Shown here: positions 27,873 through 28,799 of the stretch, one piece after another
Layout of the letters: each line of letters starts with the position of its first letter
Position numbering within the stretch: position 1 is the stretch's first letter
NCBI GenBank assembly: GCA_963771175.1
Contig: CAVYSY010000014.1
Location: forward strand, 1-28,799
Source of the DNA: an uncultured delta proteobacterium
Lineage (GTDB): Bacteria; Myxococcota; Myxococcia; Myxococcales; Myxococcaceae
Length of the DNA: 28,799 nucleotides
Reading direction: 5' to 3'
Made by a program: the position numbers and the translations under genes
Notes under the pieces: generated by a model
Databases searched by the model: none
What the model was told of the DNA's origin: nothing
What the model saw: the letters and a program-made list of their open reading frames with translations, nothing else

Positions 27873-28769
27873 ACGTGGCGAGGGTTCAGGAGGCGGGGCC
27901 TCAGGTGAGGGAGGGCTCCATCCGGCTGCGCGATGGGCGCCGGCTGGCGTACGTCGAGGCGGGGGACCTGGAGGGGACGCCGGTCATCTTCATCCATGGC
28001 AACCCCGGCTCGCGCTACATGCGGCACCCGGATGACCGGCTCACGTACAACCTGGGTGTGCGGCTCATCACCCCGGATCGCCCGGGCTATGGGCTGTCGG
28101 AATTCCAGCGGGGACGCACCCTGCTGGACATGCCGGCGGACATCGAGCAACTGGCCAACGCGCTGGGCCTGGGCCGCTTCTCCGTCATGGGTGTGTCCGC
28201 GGGAGGACCCTACGTGGCGGCCTGCGCGTACCGTCTGGGCGAGCGGCTCACGGGTGCGGCCATCATCTCCGGCTCCGCGCCCTTCAACCGCTCCGGGGCC
28301 GTGGAGGGCGTCAACCGGGACTACCGCACCGCCTACTCGCTGGCCACCTGGCCCCACTGGCTGCTGGAGCCGATCATGAACCTGCACGACCGGACCGTGC
28401 GCCGCCGGCCGGATCGCGCGCTCGCCGCGGTGCTCGCGCACTGCTCGGCCGACGACCGGACCGTGCTGTCGGACCCGCTCATCGGCGCGCAGGTGCAGGA
28501 CTTCCGCAATGAGGCCACGCGGCCGGGAGTGCAGGGCATGGCGAGAGAGGCCCGGCTGCTCACCACGCCCTGGGGCTTCCCACTCGGAGACATCCGCGTG
28601 CCAGTGCATCCTCTGGTACTGGGAGGGCGACACCATCGTGCCGCCGCAGATGGGGCGCTACCTGCATGCGCGCATCCCGAACACGGTGCCCCACTTCCTG
28701 CCCGGCGGAGGTCACTTCTCCATCTACACGCACTGGAAGGACATCCTCACCGCGCTGGTGCGCGGGTGA
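27869..28769 (+). CDS. Alpha/beta hydrolase; +1 frameshift near 28608
   Basis: GGAGGG SD and ATGA overlap with phaC; LRDGRRLAY, HGNPGSR, PDRPGYGLS, GVSAGG, PWGF, WEGDTIVP, GGGHF. Confidence 0.87.
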
Positions 28770-28771
28770 CG

Positions 28772-28790
28772 GGAACCGGGGCGCGGTTCC
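28772..28790 (+). terminator. Possible terminator hairpin
   Basis: GGAACCG-GGGCG-CGGTTCC just after the stop; weak tail. Confidence 0.35.
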
Positions 28791-28799
28791 GCTTCCTCC

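Noticed and set aside
25940..28636. 898-aa minus-strand ORF
   Set aside because: Antisense shadow of GC3-biased plus-strand genes; no recognisable motifs.
26732..28799. Apparent in-frame PhaC-hydrolase fusion running off the window end
   Set aside because: Deleting one C at about 27826 restores a typical PhaC end (WPRISAWMGRRS) with a stop overlapping an SD-preceded ATG at 27869. The same +1 error type occurs elsewhere, so this is probably an artefact; raw reads would settle it.

Overview
High-GC bacterial DNA whose gene content (several sigma-54 enhancer-binding proteins (EBPs), lipoprotein peptidases, a TPR-lytic transglycosylase, a cyclase-STAND-TPR protein) points to a myxobacterium, probably Cystobacterineae (inference). 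About 24 genes are present. Several are broken by 1-bp indels that look like sequencing or assembly errors, so the ORF track fragments or misses them. Left to right: a small partial gene and an FHA-like sigma-54 EBP; a divergent sigma-54-driven pair (aegerolysin/ET79-like protein plus class 3 lipase); an AT-richer alpha/beta-hydrolase; a qorB-like/HxlR pair; SLT-GNAT; DUF3014; a NorR/PexR-like GAF EBP divergent from ahpC-ahpD-dps; a DUF4157-like HExxH protein; a degenerate-cyclase STAND-TPR protein; prolyl oligopeptidase and M13 peptidase lipoproteins; SDR; GST; an unknown lipoprotein; and a phaE-like/phaC/hydrolase cluster whose phaC and hydrolase are largely missing from the ORF track. The best leads are the aegerolysin-like plus lipase module, the compact PHA-synthase operon and the pseudo-cyclase STAND protein. 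All family calls come from motifs read by eye; no database search was run.
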